From positions 8,142,343 to 8,206,342 of the forward strand of contig CM082597.2 of the NCBI GenBank assembly GCA_040954595.2: 64,000 nt of DNA, in the 5' to 3' direction. The translations under genes were made by a program, and so were the position numbers. Source of the DNA: Balanoglossus misakiensis (Eukaryota > Animalia > Hemichordata). Below are positions 41,401 to 51,814 of this stretch, piece by piece (the stretch's first letter is position 1; each line of letters opens with the position of its first letter). The notes beneath the pieces are model-generated. The model saw nothing but the letters and a program-made list of their open reading frames with translations, made no database searches and was not told the origin of the DNA.

Positions 41401-44400
41401 TTCATGTCTGTTATGTTACATGGCTGTAGACTTTTAGCTGTGTATGATCGACTAATGCGCATGTGCTAAAGCAAAAACTCTGGGTACAAAAACTTTATCA
41501 ATGACACAATTCTGTCTATACAACAGACAATATGGCGGCAACCATAGTCTGTGTTGTAGATTTGGAAAAAACAGCAAATTAAGTGAAAAGAAGAGACAAA
41601 AATAAAGTCTTCTTATATGGTGTGCAAGAAATATGGAAGGAAGCGAAGGCAGTCCACTATTTGAATGCACACACATAAAATTTGCAGATATTTTGATTGG
41701 ACGTTATTTTGTACACATAAATTACGCACATGTGCCTAAGAGTAAGAGGATTGTCGGCATTTAAAACTCACTAACTGTCTGCCAGAGGTTATCATCAGTG
41801 CTTCCACACTGGTACCATGGAACAACTAGAAGAGTCAAAAATAAGACTGAGACAAGATTTGTTGTATTCCTCTGTCTAATTTAGGTCTGCTTTGGACAAA
41901 CAGTGCATTGAGTTTATTCTGTGTGACTGTCAGGTCCCCAATGCATTAAAATAAGTTTGGGAATGGAACAGACCATGTTATTTGTAACATCGAGAAAGCT
42001 CCTTTTTTGAGAAAAATGATTTCATTTTTCCCCACATAACAATTCCCAGGAGTGACACGGGTTTCAGTCTTGGTTTTCAAAATATTCACTGTTCACATTA
42101 TTGTGACAACTTACTTGTAAGAGGTGTCTTAGTTGTTGATGTGTTGATTTTACATTGGATGGCTGTGCTGGCACTGCTTGTTGTTGTTGTTGGGCTCTCT
42201 GTTGTTGTAACCTTTGTAATTGCTGTTGTTGTTGATGTTGTTGTCTTAGTGCTATGAGTTGACTTTGTCTTGCATGTTGATCTTGCTGTTGTTTCAATTC
42301 AATTTCTATTTTTCTGTGCCATCTCTAGATTCTTCTGCAGTGCTCGACTGAAAGATCAAACAAAGAAAAGTGTAAACAGTCAAACATTGTCATGTGTCTA
42401 CCTACAGGTAACATGACTACAGGAGCCTCAGCCAATCCAAGCTTTTCACTTGTGAGACTATTGAAATCAATTTAAAGCTCAGTAACTCCAACTTCGGGTT
42501 ATTTCCTCAATAATTTTGTTTTGGTGGTCACCTTTCATTGAACAATGAATGGGCAAGTGCTTGCTCACTTCTTCAGTGAATTTCACTGTTTGTTTATCTC
42601 ATCATAAAAACTTGGGCACCGCAGTCCTTTGGACAAAAATATTCATGTGCGGTGATTTAAAATCAATGTTGCAAGAAGCAGAATTAATCACAGGATTAAC
42701 GGCTTCTGTTTGAAAAAATACTAAATGCTAAATATGCCATATGCCGCACACAGAGTGATCACATTAGTCAATTGGACCGCTGTTCCAAATTACTAAAATG
42801 ATTGCAACATTTTAATATTATATTTATTTTACAAACCCTTGCATCTGAGCTTCACTTTAAAGTACTTCCATTTACTAGTAGTACACGTACACATCAGTTA
42901 ACATTGACAGCTAGGCATGACATCATAGATGTAGGACTTCAAAATTGACATTCTGAACAGTGGGGGCGCTCTATCATAGTGGGTTTTAATGAACATGTGT
43001 ATTTAATTTCATGAATCAGATATGTCGATGAAAACTGCGTATTTTAACATACGCTTATAGTTAATGCATTTGCAGTATCTAGTCATATTACAGTAATACA
43101 CCAGACATGTTCTTAACTCAACTCAATGTGTGTAACTTGAATTTCTGACCATACTCAGATTACCCAAGTCCCTGTGACCAACTATCCTGCAAGTATACAG
43201 AATTGAACTCCGGAAAAACTAGTCACCTTCAATACTTGAACTGGAGCCACATCCAAAACTTGACTTTGAGATCTTTTATCAAATCAGTTCTCCTTTTAGA
43301 ATTAGAACTCCAATGCAATTTTTGTGACAGGCGAGAAAATTTAAATTGGACACCTGCAATCTGAATAATTTCTTCAGTCCCTTTGGTGTTAGACGGGTTT
43401 GACTGTACGTGAAAGTGCAGTTGATATACACAACAAAAATGCAAAAAAATATAATTGTAGACAGTCAGAATTTTGAGGCTGGGAATCATTTACATAGTTA
43501 CCAGAGTCAATACTGTCACAGTAGTCCATTTCTCTATGTACCAAATTGTAATAAAACATTGCTATGCAGTCATGTTACCCTTCCAAGACGCGAACACGAG
43601 GCCAGAGTAAAAACTTGATCGTCTTGTGTATCAACACTATAGTTGGGACTGACTTTCGACAGCCACATTTTATTGTAAGGTCAGTTTTACACTCAACTTG
43701 TATCATGTATACAACAAACTAGATGAGCTCGAGCAGTACTCTGTAACCTACTGGCCTCCCTTTTCACATTGTCTGCTTGGAGATGACACCTTATTTTGGA
43801 AGTGTGCCCTCTTTATGAAAAAGTGTATAATGTCATAATTCATGAAGTGTTCTGTTACATGTGTAACAGACAGAAATCAACACAAGTGCAGTCAAACCTG
43901 TCTATTGTGGCTAGTGAAGGGACTTTCCTAAACTGGCCATTATACCTGGTAAAAAAGTCAATTAATGTAGATATAAATTACACAGGGACTAGAATAATGT
44001 GGCCACTATATAGAGGTGGCCACACACAGAGGTTTGACTGTATGTTAATTTGTGCCATGAATAGCAGACATTTACCAATGACAGTACAATGTATGATTTC
44101 AGTGTCACATATCCATGTATTAGACACTTACATTGTACAAACACATACATCTTACTTTCTCTCCAAATTGTAGATACTCACCAACACGTGTATGTTGAAT
44201 CCTGGTCTGCAACCACACTGGTAACGGGCTGGTGTGTTGTAACATACTTGTTGGCATGGCGACCAACCAGCTTGATCGCACTCATTGTCATCTGTGGGGA
44301 AAACACAAATATCATAAATTGTGTTTGAATGAATACATCTGAATTACAGTTGTCCTTGAGTGCACATTTGAAAATATACGACAAGAGAAAAAAATTGAAA

Positions 44401-44853
44401 GAAACTTAATAAATATCATCTGGCATATAACTTGGTCATATCATATGTTTATCTGTACCAGTACTGTATACTGATGAACAAACAATGTAGTAACCACATT
44501 ACATTTTACAAGCTAGTGTTCTGCAAGCCAAAACTATCACACACGAGACAACAAACTCAATTTGTTTTAAATGTGTAACTTTGGAAAGTGCCTGATAACT
44601 TGTATTTATTATTTTTTTTACATGGTGACTCGCTGTAAAGTCTGTCACTTACAACTTGTGTAAGCGCCCTTTTGAGGCAGGAAATTCCAAGCCATTGTTG
44701 GCCTATCCCCTCCCCACTCAAATAAAAACTTACCTAAACAATTGACATGATCTGCACTCATAGAGAAACCATCATCACCACAACAACAGCTGAATCCACC
44801 CTCTGCATTGAGACAACCTCCAGCACAGACAGAATCTGAACACTCATTCACAT
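14309..44853 (-). CDS. SVEP1-like mosaic extracellular protein gene: EGF-CUB-Sushi-EGF-Sushi-mucin-expansin-mucin-expansin-mucin-HYR-Sushi-ephrin-receptor-like repeat (partial, some lesions)
   Basis: About 30 co-oriented GT-AG exons, mostly phase 1-1, listed individually below. No start/signal-peptide exon or stop exon was identified. Whether all exons form one transcript is inferred from phase compatibility. Confidence 0.7.
14759..15578 (-). CDS. Two exons (15358-15578, 14759-14999) of an unnamed Cys-containing linker module, repeat 2
   Basis: EKEVPDYFLTVGGVYNS... / VNATVAMKLL...CCCPSVKILSDCYC; phases 1-0 and 0-1; resembles module at 17960-18949. Confidence 0.7.
15990..16205 (-). CDS. Sushi/CCP-like exon
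   Basis: DTCPEWSLPTPEGGQKTC...CALSCQAGYDF...YTCIIGGTWLPHNYVPDCV, 216 nt. Confidence 0.8.
16463..16699 (-). CDS. HYR domain exon
   Basis: DTMPPTLDCPD...VVDNHG...YEPPNGT...VTVTATDYSGNQAQCQFDVSV, canonical HYR pattern. Confidence 0.9.
17397..17495 (-). CDS. Short exon: RKRR motif plus C-terminal end of a Sushi domain
   Basis: AAVEVVRKRRDVSEQSSYLTNAQWNGTAPVCI, 99 nt, phase 1-1. Confidence 0.6.
17960..18949 (-). CDS. Two exons (18714-18949, 17960-18221) of the unnamed linker module, repeat 1
   Basis: DRDVPDYCAQLSVSYNGS...DNS / LLMDVGLNL...FCCPEGFELFQNVRC; phases 1-0 and 0-1. Confidence 0.7.
19078..21048. mobile_element. ~2-kb non-autonomous DNA transposon with subterminal inverted tandem repeats
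   Basis: CAGAGGT...ACCTCTG termini, ATGGTG on both flanks; ~110-bp tandem units at 19470-19790 inverted relative to 20570-20855. Confidence 0.75.
21334..22560 (-). CDS. Thr/Ser-rich mucin-like stalk exons (21949-22560, 21334-21435)
   Basis: Open Thr-rich frames bounded by AG/GT, lengths 612 and 102 nt (phase 1-1). Confidence 0.75.
23107..24644 (-). CDS. Expansin-like module copy B (exons 24502-24644, 24005-24223, 23107-23443): DPBB domain + CBM63-like domain
   Basis: NAT...DGTCSFG...ANFQDSH|VCGQCLNV...SVVVRVTDMC...LVLSEDAY...VSYSVVACP...IKFK|FAES...DHRYPVTTVEV...WITLDR..DNLF...PLNVKVYSVSGK...DTSKQF, collinear with microbial EXLX expansins; intact frame, phases 1-0-0-1. Confidence 0.85.
24812..25749. 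mobile_element. Tc1/mariner-pogo-type MITE
   Basis: ta|CCGTATATTCTCACAAATAAGCGCCA...TGGCGCTTATTTGTGAGAATATACGG|ta. Confidence 0.85.
25908..26310. repeat. Minisatellite-like array of palindromic AAAATTCAGCTGAATTTT units
   Basis: Repeated CAGCTG-centred palindromes with an internal ~100-bp direct duplication. Confidence 0.75.
26664..27272 (-). CDS. Thr-rich mucin-like exon between the two expansin modules
   Basis: 609-nt phase 1-1 exon inside ORF 26362-27324. Confidence 0.8.
27348..27428. repeat. (CATA)n microsatellite
   Basis: About 20 perfect units. Confidence 0.95.
27749..29097 (-). CDS. Expansin-like module copy A (exons 28955-29097, 28437-28655, 27749-28079)
   Basis: Near-identical to copy B with about 10 amino acid differences counted by eye; same intron positions; intact frame. 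Confidence 0.85.
30191..31581 (-). CDS. Thr-rich mucin-like exons (31282-31581, 30191-30349)
   Basis: Phase 1-1 exons; internal 33-nt VHTD-type repeats; 3' end of 30191-30349 duplicates 3' end of 26664-27272. Confidence 0.7.
30378..30741. mobile_element. ~360-bp TTAA-flanked palindromic MITE family B (AGGGACAAAGTCTCTCTC...)
   Basis: TIRs plus TTAA; copies at 3758-4102, 5026-5375, 6560-6897, 33056-33413, 55300-55650. Confidence 0.85.
31791..34617 (-). CDS. Four Sushi/CCP exons (34399-34617, 32800-32994, 32389-32571, 31791-31970)
   Basis: C..P....G...C..GY/F.L.G....C...G.W....P.C patterns; the last exon is a partial Sushi running into a Thr tract and has a weak or mutated acceptor. Confidence 0.8.
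33484..34280. mobile_element. MITE with G/C-tract TIRs
   Basis: GGCTGCATTCACAAACACCTCTGGAGGGGGGG and its reverse complement. Confidence 0.85.
35524..36643 (-). CDS. Two calcium-binding EGF exons (36515-36643, 35524-35709)
   Basis: DINECSTLVALCG...; [29 protein letters not shown]...SCV with a long insertion before the last Cys. Confidence 0.85.
36010..36428. repeat. Three near-identical tandem copies of a ~142-bp unit
   Basis: TTTACTAGACTGAGCTATGTG...AAAGGTCATTCCAAAAA repeated three times; derived from a dispersed repeat also at about 17630-17860. Confidence 0.9.
37120..39008 (-). CDS. Sushi/CCP exons (38903-39008 truncated, 38506-38685, 37613-37795, 37120-37302)
   Basis: Canonical 4-Cys/Trp Sushi patterns; first exon breaks off at a TTAA MITE end. 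Confidence 0.8.
38097..38406. mobile_element. TTAA-flanked MITE family D (AGCCTCTAGAGCTGCCA)
   Basis: TIRs; another copy at 58863-59190, partial at about 16332-16440. Confidence 0.8.
39744..40765 (-). CDS. CUB domain (exons 40581-40765, 39744-39928; frameshift near the end)
   Basis: GTIQSPGY..YPDDVMCSWLI...FGLE...DYII|VYNG...IGPWSG...SVVFRS, with the terminal KGFRASF motif in a shifted frame. Confidence 0.85.
42115..42347 (-). other. Low-complexity (CAA)n-rich exon-like segment: Gln-rich/LxxLL in one frame, Thr-rich in another
   Basis: ttcag...gtaagt bounded; no frame is open end to end. Confidence 0.4.
44182..44853 (-). CDS. Two calcium-binding EGF exons (44734-44853 intact; 44182-44291 degenerate 3' end)
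   Basis: DVNECSDSVCAGGCLNAEGGFSCCC...NCL; DDNECDQAGWSPCQQVCYNTPARYQCGCRPGF, lacking the sixth Cys in frame. Confidence 0.75.
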
Positions 44854-47800
44854 CTGAAAATAGAGAAAAAAAAACATCCATTGTAATTATTCAAGTCAAT
44901 ACCAATCCTCCCTTCCATTAACAATTTCCCTAAAGGGAACAAATTCACATGGCTTTGAAATTAAGTATTAACAGTGATATTTTAATATTTCTAACAGACA
45001 CGACTTTTCTAAACTTTGAGTCTCTTTGTGGATTTGTAGAAATTATCTACAAACTGAGCTGTCAGGTCATGGCTGTTTGTGCTTTGGCATGCACACATAT
45101 CCCAGAATGCCCAACAGGGTTGGTAGTGAAATTGATAAACTCTTCACCTAAGATTTCAAACTCGTAGATCTCAATAGATTCTCACACTCTTGGCATGCTG
45201 AGAGTGTGGGATCAGATCGTGAGAACAAATCAATCCCACATTCTCACTGAATCGAAAGCTGTATATGACGCGAGTGCTGATTGGATGACAAAGCGTTATT
45301 TAATAACGTGCGCTAAATGTTATCCAATGACGTGATACAGAAACTACAATGTGCCAGATGACAGTTCAAGATGTTTTAAGACTAATTGGGCTAATTTATG
45401 GCCATGTGAGAAATATAATCTCACACACCAAGGACCTGGGATCATATTTCGCACACTCGTCAGGGATATTTTGTCCCACATTTGCCTGCAGCTTGTTTGG
45501 GACAGAAAATCCACAATTCATGTGAGAAATATGAAATTTGTACAGTCCTATGAACCTAAAACATGAAACAAAAAATGTTTGCTTGTTGGTAGTTTCCCGG
45601 AACAATTAAAAACCGCGTCTCCTCATCAATTTTGACATTTTGAAAGATGCTAAACAAAACTCATTTTTTGGCCTTATCGGTAGCAGAGTGACGTCATTTT
45701 CTGGGTAGCCAGAACTCACTTCCGGCACAGCATTTGGGTGTTTCACATTTCTCCGTTGTTGCTGGCTTATCTGTCGACAAGCAAGGTAACGTAAATAAGG
45801 GATTTATAAGTGGCCGTGACAGTGACCTTCACATAAGACTTCTTGACCCTATGACCTTTCATGTGATGAGCAGTTGCCAAAATAACTTTCTCTTTGTGAC
45901 CAATCCAGGCCGAACACTTTTCTATTCTACTACACAGAACAAACTAAACGCAAAGTAACTCATGAAGGAAAACGCTGACAAAATCTACGCCTACCAGTAA
46001 TTTTCAAATCAGGTAACTGCATATGGATTTATACAAATTAATTGAATATTGCCTTTGTGGTTGTCTGATGTCAATTTTAATTGAAGAGTTGTTGTGTTAG
46101 AGTTAACTTGCGTGAATTTCTTGCCTTTCATTCTGACAGTCAATTATAATTTGAGGATGCAGCTCCCACTTCTAGATTGAAAATATGAAATATTAAAAAT
46201 ATATGTATTTATATTTTAATGTAAAACACTATATCACAAGTCATCCTTTTACCAGAGGTGGGCCAAACCGTAAAGGAAACTGGGAACAACCATTCAATGC
46301 TCAGATATTTGGATTGACAACTCTACTCTTTGCCACAATATTCAATTTCAAACATTTTTGAATACAGTAATAAATGCATTTAATATTGCATGTATTAAAT
46401 TTTGCTATTTTACAATTTGGGCCAGTGAGTGAGCATTTCAAAAAAAGAAAAGTCACTGTTTGTTCCTTTGATTTGTGTATCATTTGATCACTGCAACCTT
46501 ACACTTTCATTGACGAGAAGTGTCAAAACATCCACAGGTCTATTCATTGAATGTGAGGTGCAAAGCTAGAAATGGAGATGTTACAAGTAGTGCACGAGCG
46601 TCGTATGTGGAAATCTAATGGTTGGAGGAGAGAAATAAAAATCGCATTGTTTGTTGTTTGCACATGCGCACAAAGTCATTAAATATGGCGTCCTTCATGT
46701 CATTTCGGGAACGATCGCGATCGTCGACGAAAAAAGTTGTTGCATCTGCCTCACGAGAGCATCATCTCGTTTTGACAACTCAAAATCGTATGCCAAACAC
46801 TTAGGGGCATGTTTCGGAGCCGTGCTGAAGGTATGAGTGGCTATTTGTGCATGACGTGCAAAGCAAGTATTAGAAAGTTTTGCGAGGATCGATCGTTGGA
46901 CTTCAGCCACTTACTTGACAAAAAAGGCCAGAAAGGTGGAAGTAAAGGACAAAGGCAGTATGGGGGACAACGAATAAAACTGGCAAGGTGGGAGAGTTCT
47001 TCATCAACGTCGTCGAGTAGCTAGGAAATAGGCAGCGAAGGTTCCGGCTGTGACTACCGGAGTTGGTTATCTGCGGCAGGTGCATGTGGATTGCTGCCAC
47101 CCGATGTCATTGTCAGTATTCTCCATCACGTAAATGTCACTGATATTGTGAATTTCACATCAACATGTTCAGTTCTGCATACATTTCGAGCTGATGCTAT
47201 AATTTGGTGTCAGAAATGTATTCATGATTTTCCAGAGAAGTATGCCACACTGATATATCATAAGGCAGGCTTTTTTGATAACACCACATCATGGTTTGAA
47301 ATTTACAAATTATCGAAATTTTCTGATCTCAACCACCAAAATGACACACAGCAATATTTAAGTCAGATCAAATCACTGTCTGTTCAAATGAATAATGCTT
47401 CACGGAAATTAATGACCTGAAGGAAAAGTTGGCAGAAACATAAAAATCTCTCAGTGATATTTTGACCATGTCACCATCCAAACCACTCACAGTAACACAA
47501 GAAAAAATCTTCAAAACTATGACAGTAGTTAAAGAAATAAGGAGTTTGGATGGAACCATAAAAGCTGTTAGTTCCAGAGGAAGACCAAAAGTGTATATTG
47601 CAATACCCCAGACAGAAACATCATCGATAGAAGCTACAGAAAGAACAAAAAGAGCCAAGTGTCAGCTGATGGAGAAAATTGAAAAAATGCAGTGTGTCAA
47701 CAAAAATGAGAGTGGAGAACTTAATAAAGCAATTTAGTTGCTCAACATGCGTAAAGAATAACCCGAGACAAAGATATCTACATCAAGGCAGCACAAGAAG

Positions 47801-48420
47801 CCGGTATACCAGTACAAGGAACATTTTCCAGGGAAACAAGTTCTTGCTTTTAAGAGCATAATGCCAATGACAACCTGGCAGCTTTTGAAGCATACATTCA
47901 AGATGGAGCTCGGTGTTGATGTGCCAGGAACAGAGAGGCAGTTAAGACAGGAGCTAGAAGAGATGGAGTTTAGCTATGAATACGGAAGTTTTGAGAGTGA
48001 AGAGGAAGGTGGACCAATTACAGTCCTTTATGTGCGAGTTGCAGATGTACAAGAAGTTCTTCATAAAATGGTTGCAGAGTTCAAGGCAAATGGAAAGCTG
48101 ACAAATTTTGACAATATATCAAGAGACACACTGTGGCTTTGTGTATCTGGTGACAAAGGTGGCAACTCTACAAAACTGATGTTACAAGTCATGAACAATA
48201 AGACTCAGCATTCTATTAAGCAGTCTAAACTACTGGGTTTTATTTGAGGGTGGACATGATACCCGAAAGCATATGACATGGTGTTCAAAGATATCATTGC
48301 TGACTTATGCAAGTTGCAGACAGAAATCGCAGAAATGAAGCTGGAACTGCCTGAAACATTTCAGTGTGACAAAAGAACACGGAGCCTGGGATCACAAGGT
48401 AAATTTGTAATTTCTTCTGC

Positions 48421-49413
48421 TTAAGGTAGTTGGAAAGGCTATTTTTGAAGCAAATTCTCTCAATGTTTTGAATTTATTTTCACAAGTTAGAATAAAGATA
48501 ATGACTTGAAATTTGCAGCATGTATTCTTAACAAACTCAAAAGTGAGGGAAAAATATGACTGTAAAAATATCTGCTAAAATTATGAAATTTGATACGCCT
48601 AAATATAAATATTCATAATTTTACAAAATATTGATTGAATCTTGACATGTTTACACAAATTATTGAATAATTTGTATTCATTTTAATATTAAGCAACCCC
48701 TCCAGCAATGTACGGGACACTTTCAGCATAAACTTATTTTTTTCAAAGTTATCACTCAGGAAAACACAGTTTTTGTTGATATTTTGTATACAACTTTAAC
48801 GTGCTGCCAAAACACAACGGGAAAACTTATGAAAAAACTGTCCCGTAAAAGTGTTCTTTGGGATGTCCCGAGCCTTTCCTGAAAGTTTCATGATAAAAAA
48901 ATAATCTGGCATACCAATTCAATCACAAATAAAAACCATTACATTATGGCGAAGGGCAGAAAAGTAGCGAAATACGCAAAGTTTAGCGGCAGTTCACGGC
49001 GAAGGATCGCATTTATCTGGGTCAAACGCTTTTCCGCTGGCTTTTCGGGTTCCCTAGAAATGCAAAAATGTCCATAATTTGGCAGCCTTTAATAAACAAG
49101 CAAGGTTATCTATCGTTGAAAATTGCAAGAATCAGTGTTTGCAAGTTACATTTAAATGCCCTTGGCTAGGGGAACCTGTCCTTGTGCGCATAGCCTAGGA
49201 GAAGTCTTCCCCTAGAGGGCGCTCAAATAAGGCTCCCTAGCTTCCTTGCCAGATGTATGAAATTAGGTATAATAAAACCAGCCATATCTTGTTACACGTT
49301 TATTGCCCCGAATTTTTCATGAGTTTAATTTTTCTCTAATACATTTCTAGATATAAATTCAGTGTTTTTAAATGAAATTTTAACTGACGCCCTAGCCTTT
49401 CCAACTACCTTAA
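48421..49413. mobile_element. TTAA-flanked non-autonomous DNA transposon (Kolobok/piggyBac-type target site) in the transposase intron
   Basis: ttaaGGTAGTTGGAAAGGCTA...TAGCCTTTCCAACTACCttaa. Confidence 0.85.
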
Positions 49414-51019
49414 TGTCACTAGTCACTACTTTGAAAATTTACCCGGATTTTTATGATAACACAGCAAATGTATATTAATTTGGAAATGTTTTCATTACTA
49501 GTGCCAACAAGTGATGGAGAACTACATGGACTGGATTCAAACCACTGCGACCCTTCAATGAAGATAATCAGACTGTCAGTGTTAATTGTGCGTACTGTAA
49601 GCTGCAACATGGTAAGCAAATTGACATCACCCAATTAACAATAAATGTAGTGTAAATAGGAAAAAAAATGATAATACAAATAATTATCAACACAAAAGAA
49701 AATATAAAACCATAAACATACTTGCCTAATAGATTATCAGCAATTATTGTCACAAATGTTCTCTGTTTCAAAAGAAACTACAGTAATATGTGCAGTGGTG
49801 GATGCTAACCAAAATTAGTTTCCTAAAAGCTGTTGTAGTCAGCAGACATGTTTTTTTTTACATGTTACTGTTATAACCATGATTGTTTACATTCTACTTG
49901 TCAAATAACCTTTATTCAAATTTTGTGTTTTATTCTTTTAACAAGCAAAGTGAAAAAGTGCAGCCCACAATGTGCCCAAAGTTCAGGACAGGCAGTTGAC
50001 AGTGAGGAAACGCGACCATTATCTCCGGGGTGTAGAGAATGTGCAACAATGGATATCGATGATGATCAGCTTTCTGCATCGCCGTCTATCTACACTCAGT
50101 GTAAAATTAGCTGGTGGGGAGTCTGGGAATGGCTTGCAAGATTGATAGGAATAACTGGTCCAAATGGGAGATACTTTTGTCTTCATTGTTACTGTACCCT
50201 CTCTGATTTATGCAAGGGTAAACCCCATGCATATCACATTCTTGATAAATATAAAGCGCTCTTTCCTGATTCCGCTCCAGCAACATTTGCACTGAGAACA
50301 TTTCAGGACTTAGAAAGACATTCAGTGAACTTTACCAGTACAGCTAATGCAAAAGCTTACAATCATTATAATTGTGAAGCACTTCCTTTGATTCAAACCA
50401 CTGGTTTTATTATAGAGAATTTAACAGTGACACCTCTTCACCTGTGTCTTGGCATTGGGCTGATGATACTGAACCTGATTGAATCTATGTGTCTGGAATT
50501 AGATCGGACATTTTTCAGTGAGAACGTTGTACATTCTGATGAAATGGAAACATTGCTAGAAAGTCAGAGAAAACTGTCAGATGACTTACTCTCTTCAGAA
50601 AAAGAGCTAAATTTGCTTGAAGAACAAAGTCATGAAATTCAAAAACACATAGATGATGTCATGGAAGAGTATGCAAACTATTATGAAAAGTAAGGTGGGA
50701 AGTTAATTGACAGGTCAAGTGATGCTAAAGATGCCAGAAGAGAAAAAACACAGAGGGAAAATGCTTTACTCGAGAAACAAAAACTAATCAAGTTACAACT
50801 AAAACATGTTAAAGAACAACACAAATTAACAGATAATAGTCTTCAAAATGTAATAACAAAACTGGCATGTGTAACTGGTCCATTCAAACAGAAGCTTAAT
50901 GCCTCCCTTGATAGTTTTAACCTCAAACGATGTGTCTATCATTCTGGGGCACTCACTGGCCCTGATGTCCGAAAAATTTGTTTGAAACAAAACATCAGAA
51001 AGATTTATAGTGTGTTTAA

Positions 51020-51814
51020 GATGGGTCCCTAGGATCTTTTTGCCCGTTGCTATGGGCCTTTGTAAGACATTACACCCCGATTTGGACTAAGCCGTTTTCA
51101 GAGTCTAACAAGGGGCTGGTAACTAGTTGAAAATCTGCACGATTGTGAGCGCGCGCCCCCTGACGCCATTGATATGCAAATTAGCTAGGTCAAATTTCAA
51201 AAGCCTAAGGCTTTTTATTCCGTGACCTCAAAAACGAACTTGATACGTATTCATTAGTTGCTTGAACCAGGGAAGATCGTGACGGATTTTGTTTTCAAAT
51301 ATTATCGTTGTATCCTACGATTTCAGCATACCCGTACCACACCTGAAAAAGTAATCGATTTTGGGTGTTTTTGGACGCACTCTTCCACCGGTATCGCTTC
51401 TTAGCACGACGAAAACCGAAAAAACGATCCGTCACACTGTGCGGAAGTGCGTTCTCAACAAGCAGGTCAAATTTGACTGGCGTACGTGGCCTATGAAAAA
51501 AGCCTTAGGGATTTTCGTGAACGGTACAAAATCTCTGTGTACAAAACATTGGATTTTTGGCGTTCGATCCAGTTACTGTGGTTACAGGACGCGCACGCTA
51601 TCGCTGACCGCTGCTTTGCCGTATTAGCGTGGCGGCCTATGGCCGGGCGGTAGCTGCCGTAACCATACTCGGACAGGGGGTGTGCACACAATCATGCGTA
51701 TTTTTAACTAGTTACAAGCCCCTTGTCGGACGTTCATAACGGTTGCGATCAAAATTGAGTGTAGTGTCCTATAAAGGCCCATAGCAACGAGCAAAAAGAT
51801 CCCAGGGACCCATC
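51020..51814. mobile_element. TTAA-flanked MITE inserted in the transposase coding exon
   Basis: TIR GATGGGTCCCTAGGATCTTTTTGC.CGTTGCTATGGGCCTTT; TTAA at 51016-51019 and 51815-51818; excision restores SVFKPALFKTG in frame. Confidence 0.9.

Noticed and set aside
43576-43700. Possible exon between EGF and CUB exons (also 41777-41830)
   Set aside because: No recognisable domain and weak splice signals.
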